DNA of 64,000 bases from Candidatus Obscuribacterales bacterium. Its GTDB lineage: Bacteria; Cyanobacteriota; Vampirovibrionia; Obscuribacterales; Obscuribacteraceae. The position numbers were made by a program, and so were the translations under genes. How positions within the stretch are numbered: the first letter of the stretch is position 1; the number at the start of each line of letters is the position of its first letter. This document shows positions 19,220 to 29,250 of the stretch, piece by piece. The stretch spans positions 1,024,001 to 1,088,000 of the forward strand of contig CBDDIJ010000005.1 in the NCBI GenBank assembly GCA_965228855.1, given 5' to 3'. Under the pieces are notes generated by a model that was given only the letters and a program-made list of their open reading frames with translations, was not told where the DNA came from and did no database searches.

Positions 19220-20103
19220 CGACTGCGAACTTTGGCGTTGACGGCCGTTTTCGTGATGCGCTGTGAGTAATTCTCAACTGGTGCGATTCTGCTGTAAGGC
19301 GCATAGCTGGCAGCCACGGTAGGCTCCAAAAGTTTAGCTTCAGCATTCTTTGCGATCAACTGTGCATCGACTCCACGCGCAGCAAGCTGGGCGGTGCATT
19401 CTTTCTGAGCCAATTGTCCGTTTACCGCTCTTGTTGCGGAGTTATTCAATCTGTTAGGTGATGCGTTGAGTTCCGCTTGAGCCGGATTGATTTTCGCCAT
19501 CAAATTCTTGCGACGAAGCTCGGCCTCCACTGCAGTGGTGGGCTCATGTTGGCCGCCGGGCGGGATTAAGCGGCCCATTGTGTCTCTATTCGAGAGTTGC
19601 GGTGCCACGTGTTTATAACCAATTGAAGTGTTGGTGCTGCGAAGGGTCGGAGCAACGTGTTTGTAAGCGATTTGTGTTCCAGTGCTGCGATGCGGTGCGA
19701 TTTGGGTCGGTTTCTTATAGACGCTTGGTCTTGCTTGAACCGGTTTATAAAGGTAATTTTTGCTGTCTATCGCAGTCTGATTTTTCTTCGACTTAGATGC
19801 GACCTCATGCTTCTTACCTCTAGAAGTCAGGCATTGTCGCGGGGGCGGCGGCGGACCGACGAGCCTCGTGCCCTGAACATTCGCATATATGGGATTCCAA
19901 TGGTAGTGCCGGAGGTTGGGATTGGACTTCAGGATATTGTTTTCCCAGTTTCTAATTTCGACGCAACCTACCGTCGCGCGAACCGGTCTCAATTCACCCC
20001 GGCGGGCAGCCTCGGCTTTCTGACCACCAACGAGCGCCAGAATTATAAAAACTGCCATAGCCAAGCCCTTGCGGGTGTTTTGGGAAGCGAAAACCATAAC
20101 CAC
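19216..20103 (-). CDS. Secreted basic hypothetical protein with short internal repeats
   Basis: Hydrophobic signal ending AEA; repeats YKHVAP and AVxG/AxL. Confidence 0.65.
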   Translation of the reverse strand: MVMVFASQNTRKGLAMAVFIILALVGGQKAEAARRGELRPVRATVGCVEIRNWENNILKSNPNLRHYHWNPIYANVQGTRLVGPPPPPRQCLTSRGKKHEVASKSKKNQTAIDSKNYLYKPVQARPSVYKKPTQIAPHRSTGTQIAYKHVAPTLRSTNTSIGYKHVAPQLSNRDTMGRLIPPGGQHEPTTAVEAELRRKNLMAKINPAQAELNASPNRLNNSATRAVNGQLAQKECTAQLAARGVDAQLIAKNAEAKLLEPTVAASYAPYSRIAPVENYSQRITKTAVNAKVRSR

Positions 20104-20444
20104 CTCTTGCTATAAACTTTATAGCTTTTTCCCAAGACGTCGACTATGGGGAGATTACCATCGCTGGAACCGTTTATGAAACACTGCTCAAATGCAGTCA
20201 GCGCAAGCCTTTGGGAAATAATGACCGGGGCAAATCATGACAAATTCTTCTGATATTCCCGATATACGGCGGTTTTCGGCAAAAAATGTACCTACTTATA
20301 CCTAAATCCGCCAGATTTGAAAGGTAACGATTGTCATTACCAAGCCTTTTGATGTGTGAATGTCTGTGTCAGAATGCCATCGGAATCCTGAAGCGTGGCA
20401 AATTGCGCATTTTATCGGCTTCCCTCTTAAGAAAATCAGATCTC

Positions 20445-21368
20445 ATGAATTCAAGACTGACACGGAGAAGAGTTAATACCCTCGGGGTTTTAACCGCTGC
20501 CGCGGCAGCACTGCTAACGTTGAACGCTTGCAGCAAGGATACGAATTCCGACCCTAGAAATCTAACGCCAATGGTTTCTATAGAGGGATCGGACACGATG
20601 AGCGTTCTGCTCACCAAATGGGCGACTGCGTTCATGAAGGACAACCACGACATCCCGGTCTCCGTCACCGTCGCAGATTCCGGTGCAGGCTTGAAAGCTC
20701 TTCTGGACCGCAGAACAGACATTGCGGCCTCATCACGAGATCTCACAAATGAGGAAAACGAGACAGTACACAGCAAGGGCATGCACCTGGTGCGCCGAAT
20801 CGTCGCATTGGACTCAATCGCTGTCATCGTGAATCCGCAATCAGAGCTCACCGAAATTGCTTTACCGGAATTGCGCAAGGTTTTTGCGGGCACCATCAGC
20901 GACTGGTCGCAGCTCGACAGCAAACTGAAAGGCGACATCGTCGTTTGTGTGAGAGAGCCGGAGTCAGGCACCTCTAATTACTTTAGAGAACATGCACTAA
21001 AGTCGCCAAAGGAGCCCAAAGAGACCGCCCCGACTGAATACTCGAAAAACGCAGTTATCTTGAACTCGAACGACGCCCTGATCGGAGCGATTGCAACCAA
21101 CAAAAGCGCAATCGGTTTCCTTCCATATAGCGATGCTAGAAGTGCGACAGATAAGGTCAAATCGCTAAAAGTTAAACTGATGGCATCTTCGCCGGACGCG
21201 GTTGCGCCGACTCTGTCAGCAACAACGGATGACTACTCGCTGAGCCGACCGCTTTATATGTTCTTCGACTCGAAGTCAAAACCGTCGACCAAGAAATTCG
21301 TCGATTTCTGCCTCAGCGACAAGGGACAGGCGATCGTAAAAGAGCACGGATTCGTCAAGCTGAAGTAG
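20445..21368 (+). CDS. pstS: Phosphate ABC transporter substrate-binding lipoprotein
   Basis: Lipobox LNAC; IEGSDTM, DSGAG, DIAASSR, VALDSIAVIVNP, REPESGT, YSLSRPLY. Confidence 0.85.
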   Translation: MNSRLTRRRVNTLGVLTAAAAALLTLNACSKDTNSDPRNLTPMVSIEGSDTMSVLLTKWATAFMKDNHDIPVSVTVADSGAGLKALLDRRTDIAASSRDLTNEENETVHSKGMHLVRRIVALDSIAVIVNPQSELTEIALPELRKVFAGTISDWSQLDSKLKGDIVVCVREPESGTSNYFREHALKSPKEPKETAPTEYSKNAVILNSNDALIGAIATNKSAIGFLPYSDARSATDKVKSLKVKLMASSPDAVAPTLSATTDDYSLSRPLYMFFDSKSKPSTKKFVDFCLSDKGQAIVKEHGFVKLK

Positions 21369-21599
21369 TGGCCGATTGGCAACAGTTGTTTAATCAGGCA
21401 GAGAGTTGAAACGGATCTGTCATCTGAATTCTGCGCGCATTTTCGATGCTTAACGTTCTTCAAATTTTGCTTCGCAGCATGGCGTTTGACTTGCCGAACT
21501 TTTCGTAGCTTTTGGAATGTATCGAAGAGTAGCATCCGTTTTTTCTTGTGCTATTTACCTGTCATGGAGAAAGGAAACGGTTGCAAGTGAAGGTGTGAA

Positions 21600-21785
21600 A
21601 TGAGAGCCCTGAGAACGACCAGAGACAATTTGATTGAGGTCAACTTTGGAAAGCAGGAAGAAGTTAGATTGCTCAGCGCGGAGGAAGAAACTTCCGAGCA
21701 GTCGGAGAAAGTAACCTGCGAGAATGGCGTTTGCACTTTGAATTGGTCACCGACAAGACCCGCAAAGAAATCGGAAGCCGCTTAA
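21600..21785 (+). CDS. Small hypothetical protein with CxxxxC (CENGVC) motif
   Basis: 61 aa, AAGGTG RBS, acidic linker then VTCENGVCTLNWSP. Confidence 0.55.
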   Translation: MRALRTTRDNLIEVNFGKQEEVRLLSAEEETSEQSEKVTCENGVCTLNWSPTRPAKKSEAA

Positions 21786-21891
21786 GCTTCACTTCCAGCG
21801 GTACTTACGTTTGATTACCAAACCGTGACAACTGACGCCGATCACCGTATCCTTAGGTAATGGCGCAGGTGACTATGTCCAGGTAAGTATT

Positions 21892-24800
21892 TTGTCGCGC
21901 AAAAATTTTCTAGACCGACTCAAAGAAAAAGTCCTCATTTTCGATGGGGCAATGGGAACGTCGATTCATAAATATGATCTGACCCTCGATGATTACGCGG
22001 GTCTGGAAAACTGTCCGGAGATTCTCGTCGAGAGCCGCCCTGACGTGATCCGCGAGATCCACGGCTCGTTCTACAACGTAGGCTGCGATGTAGTCGAGAC
22101 TAATACGTTTGGCGGAACCCCGATCGTCCTTGCAGAGTTCGGGATTGCAGAACGCGCCTATGAATTGAACAAGAAAGCAGCGGAACTCGCACGAGCAGTG
22201 GCGGAAGACTATTCAGCGGGCGGTCAGCAGCGTTATGTTTCCGGCTCGATAGGTCCGACAACTAAGCTTCCCTCGCTAGGTCACATAAGCTTTGCGGATA
22301 TGCGGGATGCCTATTACGAACAGGTGCGCGGTCTCGTTGATGGTGGCGTGGACGCGCTGCAGTTTGAAACCGGTCAAGATTTACTACAGGCAAAAGCCGC
22401 AGTTATAGCCATGCTCGATTACTTCAAGGTGATCGGGCGCAAAGTTCCGATCATCGTTCAAGTAACTATCGAAGCGCCTCCACTAGGCACCATGCTAGTT
22501 GGCTCAGACATCAGCTGCGCGCTGACGACTATGTCGGCATTTCCGATTGACGTAATCGGAATAAACTGTGCGACTGGTCCGAGTGAAATGCTCGATCCGA
22601 TACATTATCTGTGCAACAACACGGATAAACTCGTGTCAGTACTGCCGAACGCTGGATTGCCTGAAAACGTTGATGGTCAAACGGTTTATAAACTAACTCC
22701 GGATGAACTTGCAACAGCGCTCAAGCACTTCGTGGTTAACGATGGTGTCAACATCGTTGGTGGCTGTTGTGGTACCACTCCGGACCACCTGGCGCGAGTG
22801 GTGGAAGTGATTGGAAATGCCGCGCCGAAAAAGCGCGAACCCATTTACACACCAGCTGCAGCCAGCATCTACACAAGCGTTCCATTTGAAATGGATCAGC
22901 CGCCCTTGATTGTTGGTGAAAGAACCAACACCAATGGCAGCCGCAAATTCAAACAGCTTTTGCAAAAGGAAGATTGGGACGGAATGGTCTCGATGGGTCG
23001 TGAGCAAGAGCGCGAAGGCGCGCATGTGCTGGACGTTTGCACAGCATATGTCGGTCGCGACGAAATCCGCGATATGAATACGCTGATTAAGCGTTTAAAC
23101 ACAGAATTACAAATTCCGATAGTGATAGACACCACCGAGTATCCCGTTCTTGCCTCAGCGTTAGAACGCATAGCCGGCAAGCCCATAGTTAATTCCATAA
23201 ACTTGGAAGATGGCGTCGACAGTATGATGCGCAAGGTTGGTCTGATAACTCGCTTCGGCGCAGCCACTGTCGCGCTGACTATCGACGAAGATGGTATGGC
23301 GAAAACAGCAGATCGAAAAGTCGAGATTGCCAAACGCATTCACGATCTGGCTGTTGAAGCGGGTCTTCCAGCACACGATATAATTTTCGACGCTCTGACG
23401 TTTACTCTTTCGACTGGAAATGAAGAGGATCGCAAGCTCGGTTTGGAAACCCTGAAGGCGATCAAGATGATTAAGGAGCAACTGCCGGGAGTAAAAACTA
23501 TTCTCGGCGTGAGCAATATATCGTTCGGTTTCGATCCGATTATCAGGCAAACCTTAAACTCCGTTTTCCTCCACTATGCCGTTGAATACGGGCTGGATAT
23601 GGCGATCGTGAACGCTCAAAAAATCTTGCCGTTATTCAAAATCAACGAAGAAGAGCGCGAGTTTCACCGCAAACTTATCTTTGACGAACGCACTGAAAGC
23701 TACGATCCACTATTCGCGTTGCTCGATTACTACAAGGCGAAGACTGCATCGGAAGCCAGTGAAACCAAAGTTGTTCAGCACAGAGAAATCGAAGACGTCC
23801 TGAAGAACCGCATCATCGACGGCAATCGTGTCGGTTTGGAAAAGGATCTGGATAAGGCGCTTGAGAAATACGCGGCGCTAGAGATCATCAACAACATTTT
23901 GCTGGACGGTATGAAGGTCGTCGGAGACCTGTTCGGCAGCGGTAAGATGCAGTTGCCGTTCGTACTGCAATCAGCAGAGACGATGAAGGCTGCGGTAGCG
24001 TATTTGGAACCTCATATGGAAAAGGTCGAAGGCGCGAACCGCGGAACCATGGTGCTCGCCACGGTCAAAGGTGACGTTCACGATATTGGTAAAAACCTCG
24101 TCGACATTATCCTTTCGAACAATGGCTACAAGGTTGTAAACCTCGGCATTAAACAACCAATTGAAAACATAATTGCAGCAGCACTGGAGCACAAAGCCGA
24201 TTGCATAGGCATGAGCGGTTTGCTCGTAAAGTCAACAGTCATCATGAAAGAGAATCTGGACGTGCTGAACCAGCGCGGAATAAAGGTTCCCGTTATTCTC
24301 GGCGGCGCGGCTCTAACGAGACGTTACGTCGAATTCGACTGCAGGCAGAACTATCGAGGTCTGACCTTCTACGGTCAGGATGCCTTCGACGATTTGAAGA
24401 TCATGGAAGCGCTGCACGCGTTACGCACAGCTCAAGACAAGCTGGGTGGATTATCAGAGGAAGAGTTGCTGGCGCAAGTACACGGAACTTCAGGACTGTC
24501 TACAGCACATCCGGAAGAAGACGAAGCGACCGAAGAAGCGTTAAGCGATGGAACCGGCGCCGGAGAAGCCAGAATGCTCGAAGACGATGACGCCAGTGAC
24601 GAATCGCTCGACGAGCAAACTGCAGCTCGAATAATAGAGGGCAAACAGAAAGCACCTAGTTGCGCACGCGTGTCAAAATCTGGCATTGCAGGTGGTGCCA
24701 ATGGCGGCTCCAGTGAACGCGAAAACACGACTCGTTCCGACGTGTCTCGAACGATCGACGTCCCAAATCCGCCTTTCTGGGGTTCCAAGATCGTTGATGA

Positions 24801-25581
24801 CGTGCCTCTTTCAGAGGTGTTCGAGTATATCAACCAGATGGTTTTGTTTAAGGGACAGTGGCGAGTCCGGCAAGGACACACGCCCAAAGTCGAATACGAC
24901 AAAATGATCAACGAAAAATTCGTTCCAATTTATGAGGAACTGAAACAGCGCTGCATAGAGCAAAAATTGCTAATTCCGCGAGCGGTCTACGGATACTTCC
25001 CTTGCCGTTCCGAGAAAAACGACTTGATTGTCTACAAGGAAGACCAGAAAACGGAGTGGCTGCGTTTCCATTTTCCAAGACAAAACCATGGAAGAGGTCT
25101 CTGCATCTCTGATTTCTTCAAGTCAACGGACGAAGGGCAGTTTGACATATTGCCACTACAGGTAGTGACCATGGGGTCACGCGCGAGTGAGTACGCGCAG
25201 GAGTTATTTGCGCAAGACAAATACACGGACTACTTATACTTCCATGGGCTATCAGTAGAGTCGGCAGAGGGTCTAGCGGAAGTTATACACAAGAGAATCC
25301 GCGCGGAACTCGGCTTCGCCGGAGACGACGCAAAGAATAAAATGCAATTGTTCCAGCAAGGTTATCGGGGCACACGCTACAGCTTCGGCTACCCAGCTTG
25401 CCCGAATCTGGAAGATCAGCGGCAGCTGTTTGAGCTATTACAACCGGAACGGGTAGGTATTCAACTCACCGAGGAGTTTCAGCTCGTGCCCGAACAAAGC
25501 ACTTCTGCAGTTGTAGTTCACCACCCGGAAGCAAAATATTTCAATATAACTACGAGTAAAAAACCAGTCGCAGTGGAGTAA
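21892..25581 (+). CDS. metH: Cobalamin-dependent methionine synthase
   Basis: DGAMGT, GINCATG, GGCCGT (Zn), VGERTN pterin domain, KGDVHDIGKN B12 motif, RYSFGYPACP reactivation domain. Confidence 0.97.
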   Translation: MSRKNFLDRLKEKVLIFDGAMGTSIHKYDLTLDDYAGLENCPEILVESRPDVIREIHGSFYNVGCDVVETNTFGGTPIVLAEFGIAERAYELNKKAAELARAVAEDYSAGGQQRYVSGSIGPTTKLPSLGHISFADMRDAYYEQVRGLVDGGVDALQFETGQDLLQAKAAVIAMLDYFKVIGRKVPIIVQVTIEAPPLGTMLVGSDISCALTTMSAFPIDVIGINCATGPSEMLDPIHYLCNNTDKLVSVLPNAGLPENVDGQTVYKLTPDELATALKHFVVNDGVNIVGGCCGTTPDHLARVVEVIGNAAPKKREPIYTPAAASIYTSVPFEMDQPPLIVGERTNTNGSRKFKQLLQKEDWDGMVSMGREQEREGAHVLDVCTAYVGRDEIRDMNTLIKRLNTELQIPIVIDTTEYPVLASALERIAGKPIVNSINLEDGVDSMMRKVGLITRFGAATVALTIDEDGMAKTADRKVEIAKRIHDLAVEAGLPAHDIIFDALTFTLSTGNEEDRKLGLETLKAIKMIKEQLPGVKTILGVSNISFGFDPIIRQTLNSVFLHYAVEYGLDMAIVNAQKILPLFKINEEEREFHRKLIFDERTESYDPLFALLDYYKAKTASEASETKVVQHREIEDVLKNRIIDGNRVGLEKDLDKALEKYAALEIINNILLDGMKVVGDLFGSGKMQLPFVLQSAETMKAAVAYLEPHMEKVEGANRGTMVLATVKGDVHDIGKNLVDIILSNNGYKVVNLGIKQPIENIIAAALEHKADCIGMSGLLVKSTVIMKENLDVLNQRGIKVPVILGGAALTRRYVEFDCRQNYRGLTFYGQDAFDDLKIMEALHALRTAQDKLGGLSEEELLAQVHGTSGLSTAHPEEDEATEEALSDGTGAGEARMLEDDDASDESLDEQTAARIIEGKQKAPSCARVSKSGIAGGANGGSSERENTTRSDVSRTIDVPNPPFWGSKIVDDVPLSEVFEYINQMVLFKGQWRVRQGHTPKVEYDKMINEKFVPIYEELKQRCIEQKLLIPRAVYGYFPCRSEKNDLIVYKEDQKTEWLRFHFPRQNHGRGLCISDFFKSTDEGQFDILPLQVVTMGSRASEYAQELFAQDKYTDYLYFHGLSVESAEGLAEVIHKRIRAELGFAGDDAKNKMQLFQQGYRGTRYSFGYPACPNLEDQRQLFELLQPERVGIQLTEEFQLVPEQSTSAVVVHHPEAKYFNITTSKKPVAVE

Positions 25582-25584
25582 GCC

Positions 25585-25989
25585 ATGGCAGACAATCACG
25601 GTATCACCGGGAACTGGAAGGGACACTACACATATCAAGCAAATCCGGATGAGGGTTCGAATTTCGACGCCATATTTGTCGAGCACGAATCAAGCTTGAA
25701 GGGAGAAATTCGAGACGAGGGAATTCTCGGACATGCAGTAGTCAATGGAACTTTCGTGTATCCGGCGGTCAATTTTACCAAAACATATTTCACGCAGGGG
25801 CTGGATCCAATATCGTACCAAGGCACCATGAGTGGTGACGGCAAAACAATAGTAGGAAGGTGGACAATTACTTCCAAAAATGGAAGTGTCCTTAAAGGCT
25901 CATGGATGGCGCATCGAACAGATCAAGACGAGCAGAAAAAACAGAAGGAAACTCAGCGCGCGAAGCAAGATTTAGAAACCGTGCGTTAG
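25585..25989 (+). CDS. Hypothetical small beta-barrel-like protein
   Basis: 134 aa, ITGNWKGHY...FTKTY...YQGT...GRW pattern; directly follows metH. Confidence 0.65.
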   Translation: MADNHGITGNWKGHYTYQANPDEGSNFDAIFVEHESSLKGEIRDEGILGHAVVNGTFVYPAVNFTKTYFTQGLDPISYQGTMSGDGKTIVGRWTITSKNGSVLKGSWMAHRTDQDEQKKQKETQRAKQDLETVR

Positions 25990-25998
25990 ACCTGGACT

Positions 25999-27966
25999 TC
26001 ATCGTGAAACAAATTCGTTAGCGGTGCTCTGATTTGCTTCCACGCCGGGATTCGCGGAGGAAAACGTGCGAGGTCCCTGGAAGGGTAATTCATCTTCCAG
26101 ACCCAGCCTGAACTTGTGACGGCGATTGAACCTTTCTTCAAATTTCTTGAGCTCATCTTTGGACAGACCGGGACAATCGGCTATGCACAAAAGTGTAAGC
26201 GTCGGCATCTTCTCTAAGTAGTTCAGAGATAACGGAGTAATTTCCGCTCCGACCAGCTGAATCATGCGCAATTTGGGGAGCTTCGACAAACGCTTCACAT
26301 CCTCGTCGCGGCAAGGTACACGGTCCATGTCGAGCCTTATAAGTTCGGGAAGATCGCAGATAGCCGCCGGAGAAATTCTGCAAAACTTGACCGACAACGA
26401 TGATAAAGGTTTATTTCTAAGATGACTCAGACCTTCATCCGTCACATTTTGGCAACTGTCCAGTTTCAACGTAATCAACTCAGGCATTTTCGCGATCGCG
26501 GCTAGTCCTTTGGAATCTACCGCGGTCGAGCCCAAGGTCAGCGTCGAAATACGCGAAGACGAAAGTCTCTCGAGCACTTCTGTTGTCACCGGCAAACCTG
26601 AGATATTCAATTGTTGGAGATCTTTGCACTGACCCAGCAACAGCAAACCCTTCTCCGTCACGTCGGTGAAGCTGATGTCGAGAATAACGGGTCTATGTTT
26701 TACAAGCAGTGCTCGAAGCCCTTCATCAGTAATTGGCGCCTGGGCAAATAGGTACGCACGTCGAGCAGGAACTGGAATGCCCGCTTTAAGTCGCTCGTCA
26801 CTAATCGACTCATCTCCCCGCACAGCTTTCGTGAAAACGCTCTCCATCATAGGAACCGGAATCTTGCTTGCCGGATCCGTGGTCGTGAAATCATGATCAA
26901 CGCGTGCCGTTTGATTGTTCAAATTATGGAGGAAGAAGAACAGAAGGGCCGCAATGCTCGACAGCATTAGCAAAACAAATAGGCCAACCCGCGTTCGCGA
27001 TTGCAGAAAGCGAGAGCCGAAAAACTGATTGGCGTAATCGGGAATTATCGGGGTGGTTTCAGCAGATGCAACGGGAGTGATCGTCAGTTGCGGCAACGAA
27101 TCAACGATCTCGTTAATGTGGGTGACCAATTCTTCCACTGTCTGATAGCGCGCAGCAGGTTCTTTCTCCAAACACCTGGACACGACCTCCTGAAGTTTTT
27201 GAATAGATTCTACATCGTCGACATTTGCGAAATCTGCCAGCGCAGGCGGTTCTTCCTCAGCATGCTTCTTCATCATCAACATGACTGAATCCGCTTCAAA
27301 AGGAACGCGTCCGGTAAGGCACTCGAAAAGTAAGCACCCGAGCGAATAAATGTCACTGCGGACATCGCCCTCGCCTCGAGAGCTTTCAGGACTCATGTAC
27401 GCTGGGCTACCCTGAATTTTACCGCTCGTAGTATCCAGACCCGAGCGTTCATCAGGGTTACAGAGATGCGCAATCCCAAAGTCGATCACTCGTGCAGTCG
27501 GGCAGGCCGCATTCAGATGCTCCAACATCACATTGCTGGATTTAAGATCTCGATGGATGATTCCCTGGCGATGAGCATGAGCAACAGCGTCACAGACCTG
27601 GCGAAAAAGGCTCAACATCACCGAGAGATCGGAGGCACGTTCGTCGGAGAGAAATGCGTTAAGCGGAATCCCATCGATGAATTCCATAACCATGTAGGCA
27701 GCTCCCAACTTCGTGACGCCGAAGTCCATGATGCCTACGAGATTGGGATGATTCAGACTCCCAATCGCCTTCGCTTCCTTCTGAAATCGCATCATGCGTT
27801 TGCGATCTGACGAACCGGTTAGCAGGGTCTTAATTGCAACCTCCTTGCGCAAACTTATGTCTAGAGCGCGATAGACCGTGCCCATCGCGCCCTTACCTAC
27901 CGGACCGATCAATTGATAACGTCCAAGCAATTCGACTGGAAATTCGGAGTTGCTACCGGAAAACAT
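25999..27966 (-). CDS. Membrane Ser/Thr protein kinase with C-terminal leucine-rich repeats
   Basis: GKGAMG, VAIK, HRDLKSSN, DFG, GSPAYMSPE; TM helix; LRRs (LDISFTDVTEKGL, LKLDSCQNVTDEGL). Confidence 0.93.
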   Translation of the reverse strand: MFSGSNSEFPVELLGRYQLIGPVGKGAMGTVYRALDISLRKEVAIKTLLTGSSDRKRMMRFQKEAKAIGSLNHPNLVGIMDFGVTKLGAAYMVMEFIDGIPLNAFLSDERASDLSVMLSLFRQVCDAVAHAHRQGIIHRDLKSSNVMLEHLNAACPTARVIDFGIAHLCNPDERSGLDTTSGKIQGSPAYMSPESSRGEGDVRSDIYSLGCLLFECLTGRVPFEADSVMLMMKKHAEEEPPALADFANVDDVESIQKLQEVVSRCLEKEPAARYQTVEELVTHINEIVDSLPQLTITPVASAETTPIIPDYANQFFGSRFLQSRTRVGLFVLLMLSSIAALLFFFLHNLNNQTARVDHDFTTTDPASKIPVPMMESVFTKAVRGDESISDERLKAGIPVPARRAYLFAQAPITDEGLRALLVKHRPVILDISFTDVTEKGLLLLGQCKDLQQLNISGLPVTTEVLERLSSSRISTLTLGSTAVDSKGLAAIAKMPELITLKLDSCQNVTDEGLSHLRNKPLSSLSVKFCRISPAAICDLPELIRLDMDRVPCRDEDVKRLSKLPKLRMIQLVGAEITPLSLNYLEKMPTLTLLCIADCPGLSKDELKKFEERFNRRHKFRLGLEDELPFQGPRTFSSANPGVEANQSTANEFVSR

Positions 27967-28015
27967 TAACTACCGAGGGCAGTGCCTCAAGCATTATTCC
28001 CGGAGCAACGGGCAA

Positions 28016-29092
28016 TTAGTTCTGTCCCCAGACAACGTTTCGAATGCCCTTGCGGACAAGCATGTTGCTAGTACGCTGCATCATTCGATTGCCCATGCTT
28101 CTGCGTTTCTTCACTGGTTTCTGGGGAATCTGACCGAGCATTTCCTGTTGTTTAACGGCATTCTTATCGGCAACCTGTCCAGTATTGAGGTCCCGGAAAT
28201 TTTCGTTTTTATCATACTTCGGTCTGCCGTAGTCCACATAAGCGGCTATGTCGAACTGATTGAACGGAACGAATGGCCTCATCGCCATGCGTTCGTGCAT
28301 AATGCGATCGGTAGTTTTAAAAGCATTTTTCGTACCGGGAGGCGCTTTCATGCCCTTCTCCATGGATACGAGTTGTATCGCAGCCTGCGGATTGACGATG
28401 GTGTCAGACTGGTATGGTCGATGTTGAGCCTCATACTTCATGTCGAAACCCTGCATACGACTCCGCGCAACCATCATTTGCGGATGCTCATCGATGTGTG
28501 CTAATTGTGCATTTCGATATAGCTGTCTCTTCTGCGTAATACTATATCTGGTGTCGTGCCAGAGGTCGTCCATGCGGGCGGCGAACTCGATTTCCCGCAC
28601 GAGATCACCAGGGTTCCAGTATCCAGGCAGACAATGCAGCACAGTTCCATCTGACGATAATAGAAAGGTTTGCAGGTTATGCGGACCGGCACCATTGGTA
28701 GTGACAATCGCATTCCCGTCTGGAGCATGCTTGCCCGAGAACCCGGCATAACTTTCATTCGAGATATCTCGATAACCGCAGACTAATTCATTTTTTAAAA
28801 CGGAGAGGGCTGGTTCCTGCGAGAGCGACACGGCTCTCAAGCTATTGGCGGCACTTCAAGTCGAGCCTGACATTTGTCCGATCATTTGAATCCAGAGAAC
28901 CATTTTGTTCTCTCGTCGAGCTTCTTCCAAGGCCTGTGAGAGATTGGTATTCCAGTGAATCTCGTTGTTCACCGTGCAAATATTTTCTTTGGCTACCGCC
29001 CCCTCTATCAAGCGGGGCATCGCCAGCGCTTGCAATGGCATCGTCAATGAAGAAGCGAGCGCCAGGCTGAGCATAAATGTTTTTTTGAGCAT
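28016..29092 (-). CDS. Putative selenoprotein: secreted thioredoxin-fold protein with SelN-like active-site region (358 aa, Sec79)
   Basis: ORFs 28856-29092 and 28016-28840 are in the same frame and joined by TGA plus five sense codons: WNTNLSQALEEARRENKMVLWIQMIGQMSGST-U-SAANSLRAVSLS. SECIS-like hairpin follows. Confidence 0.75.
28820..28839 (-). promoter_or_regulatory. Putative bacterial SECIS element
   Basis: mRNA UGAGAGC-CGUGUC-GCUCUCG; loop starts 23 nt after the UGA; G at loop position 2. Confidence 0.65.
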
Positions 29093-29250
29093 AGAGCGAC
29101 CTCATCATCGGAGCCGACCACTGCCGGCAAAAGTCCCCATATCTTGTTAAACGTAAAACCGAGACAAAAAGTTCAATCAAACCGACGATTTAAAGATTAA
29201 ATGATCAAACAGCTCGAACCCGCGCCAATACCAGTGTACTGAAATCGGCT

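Noticed and set aside
21786..21891. Possible cobalamin or SAM riboswitch upstream of metH
   Set aside because: Only about 105 nt, with no recognisable B12-box or S-box consensus.
28842..29180. 112-aa alternative-frame ORF overlapping the selenoprotein N-terminus
   Set aside because: No protein-like features; the other frame has a clear signal peptide and thioredoxin-fold pattern.
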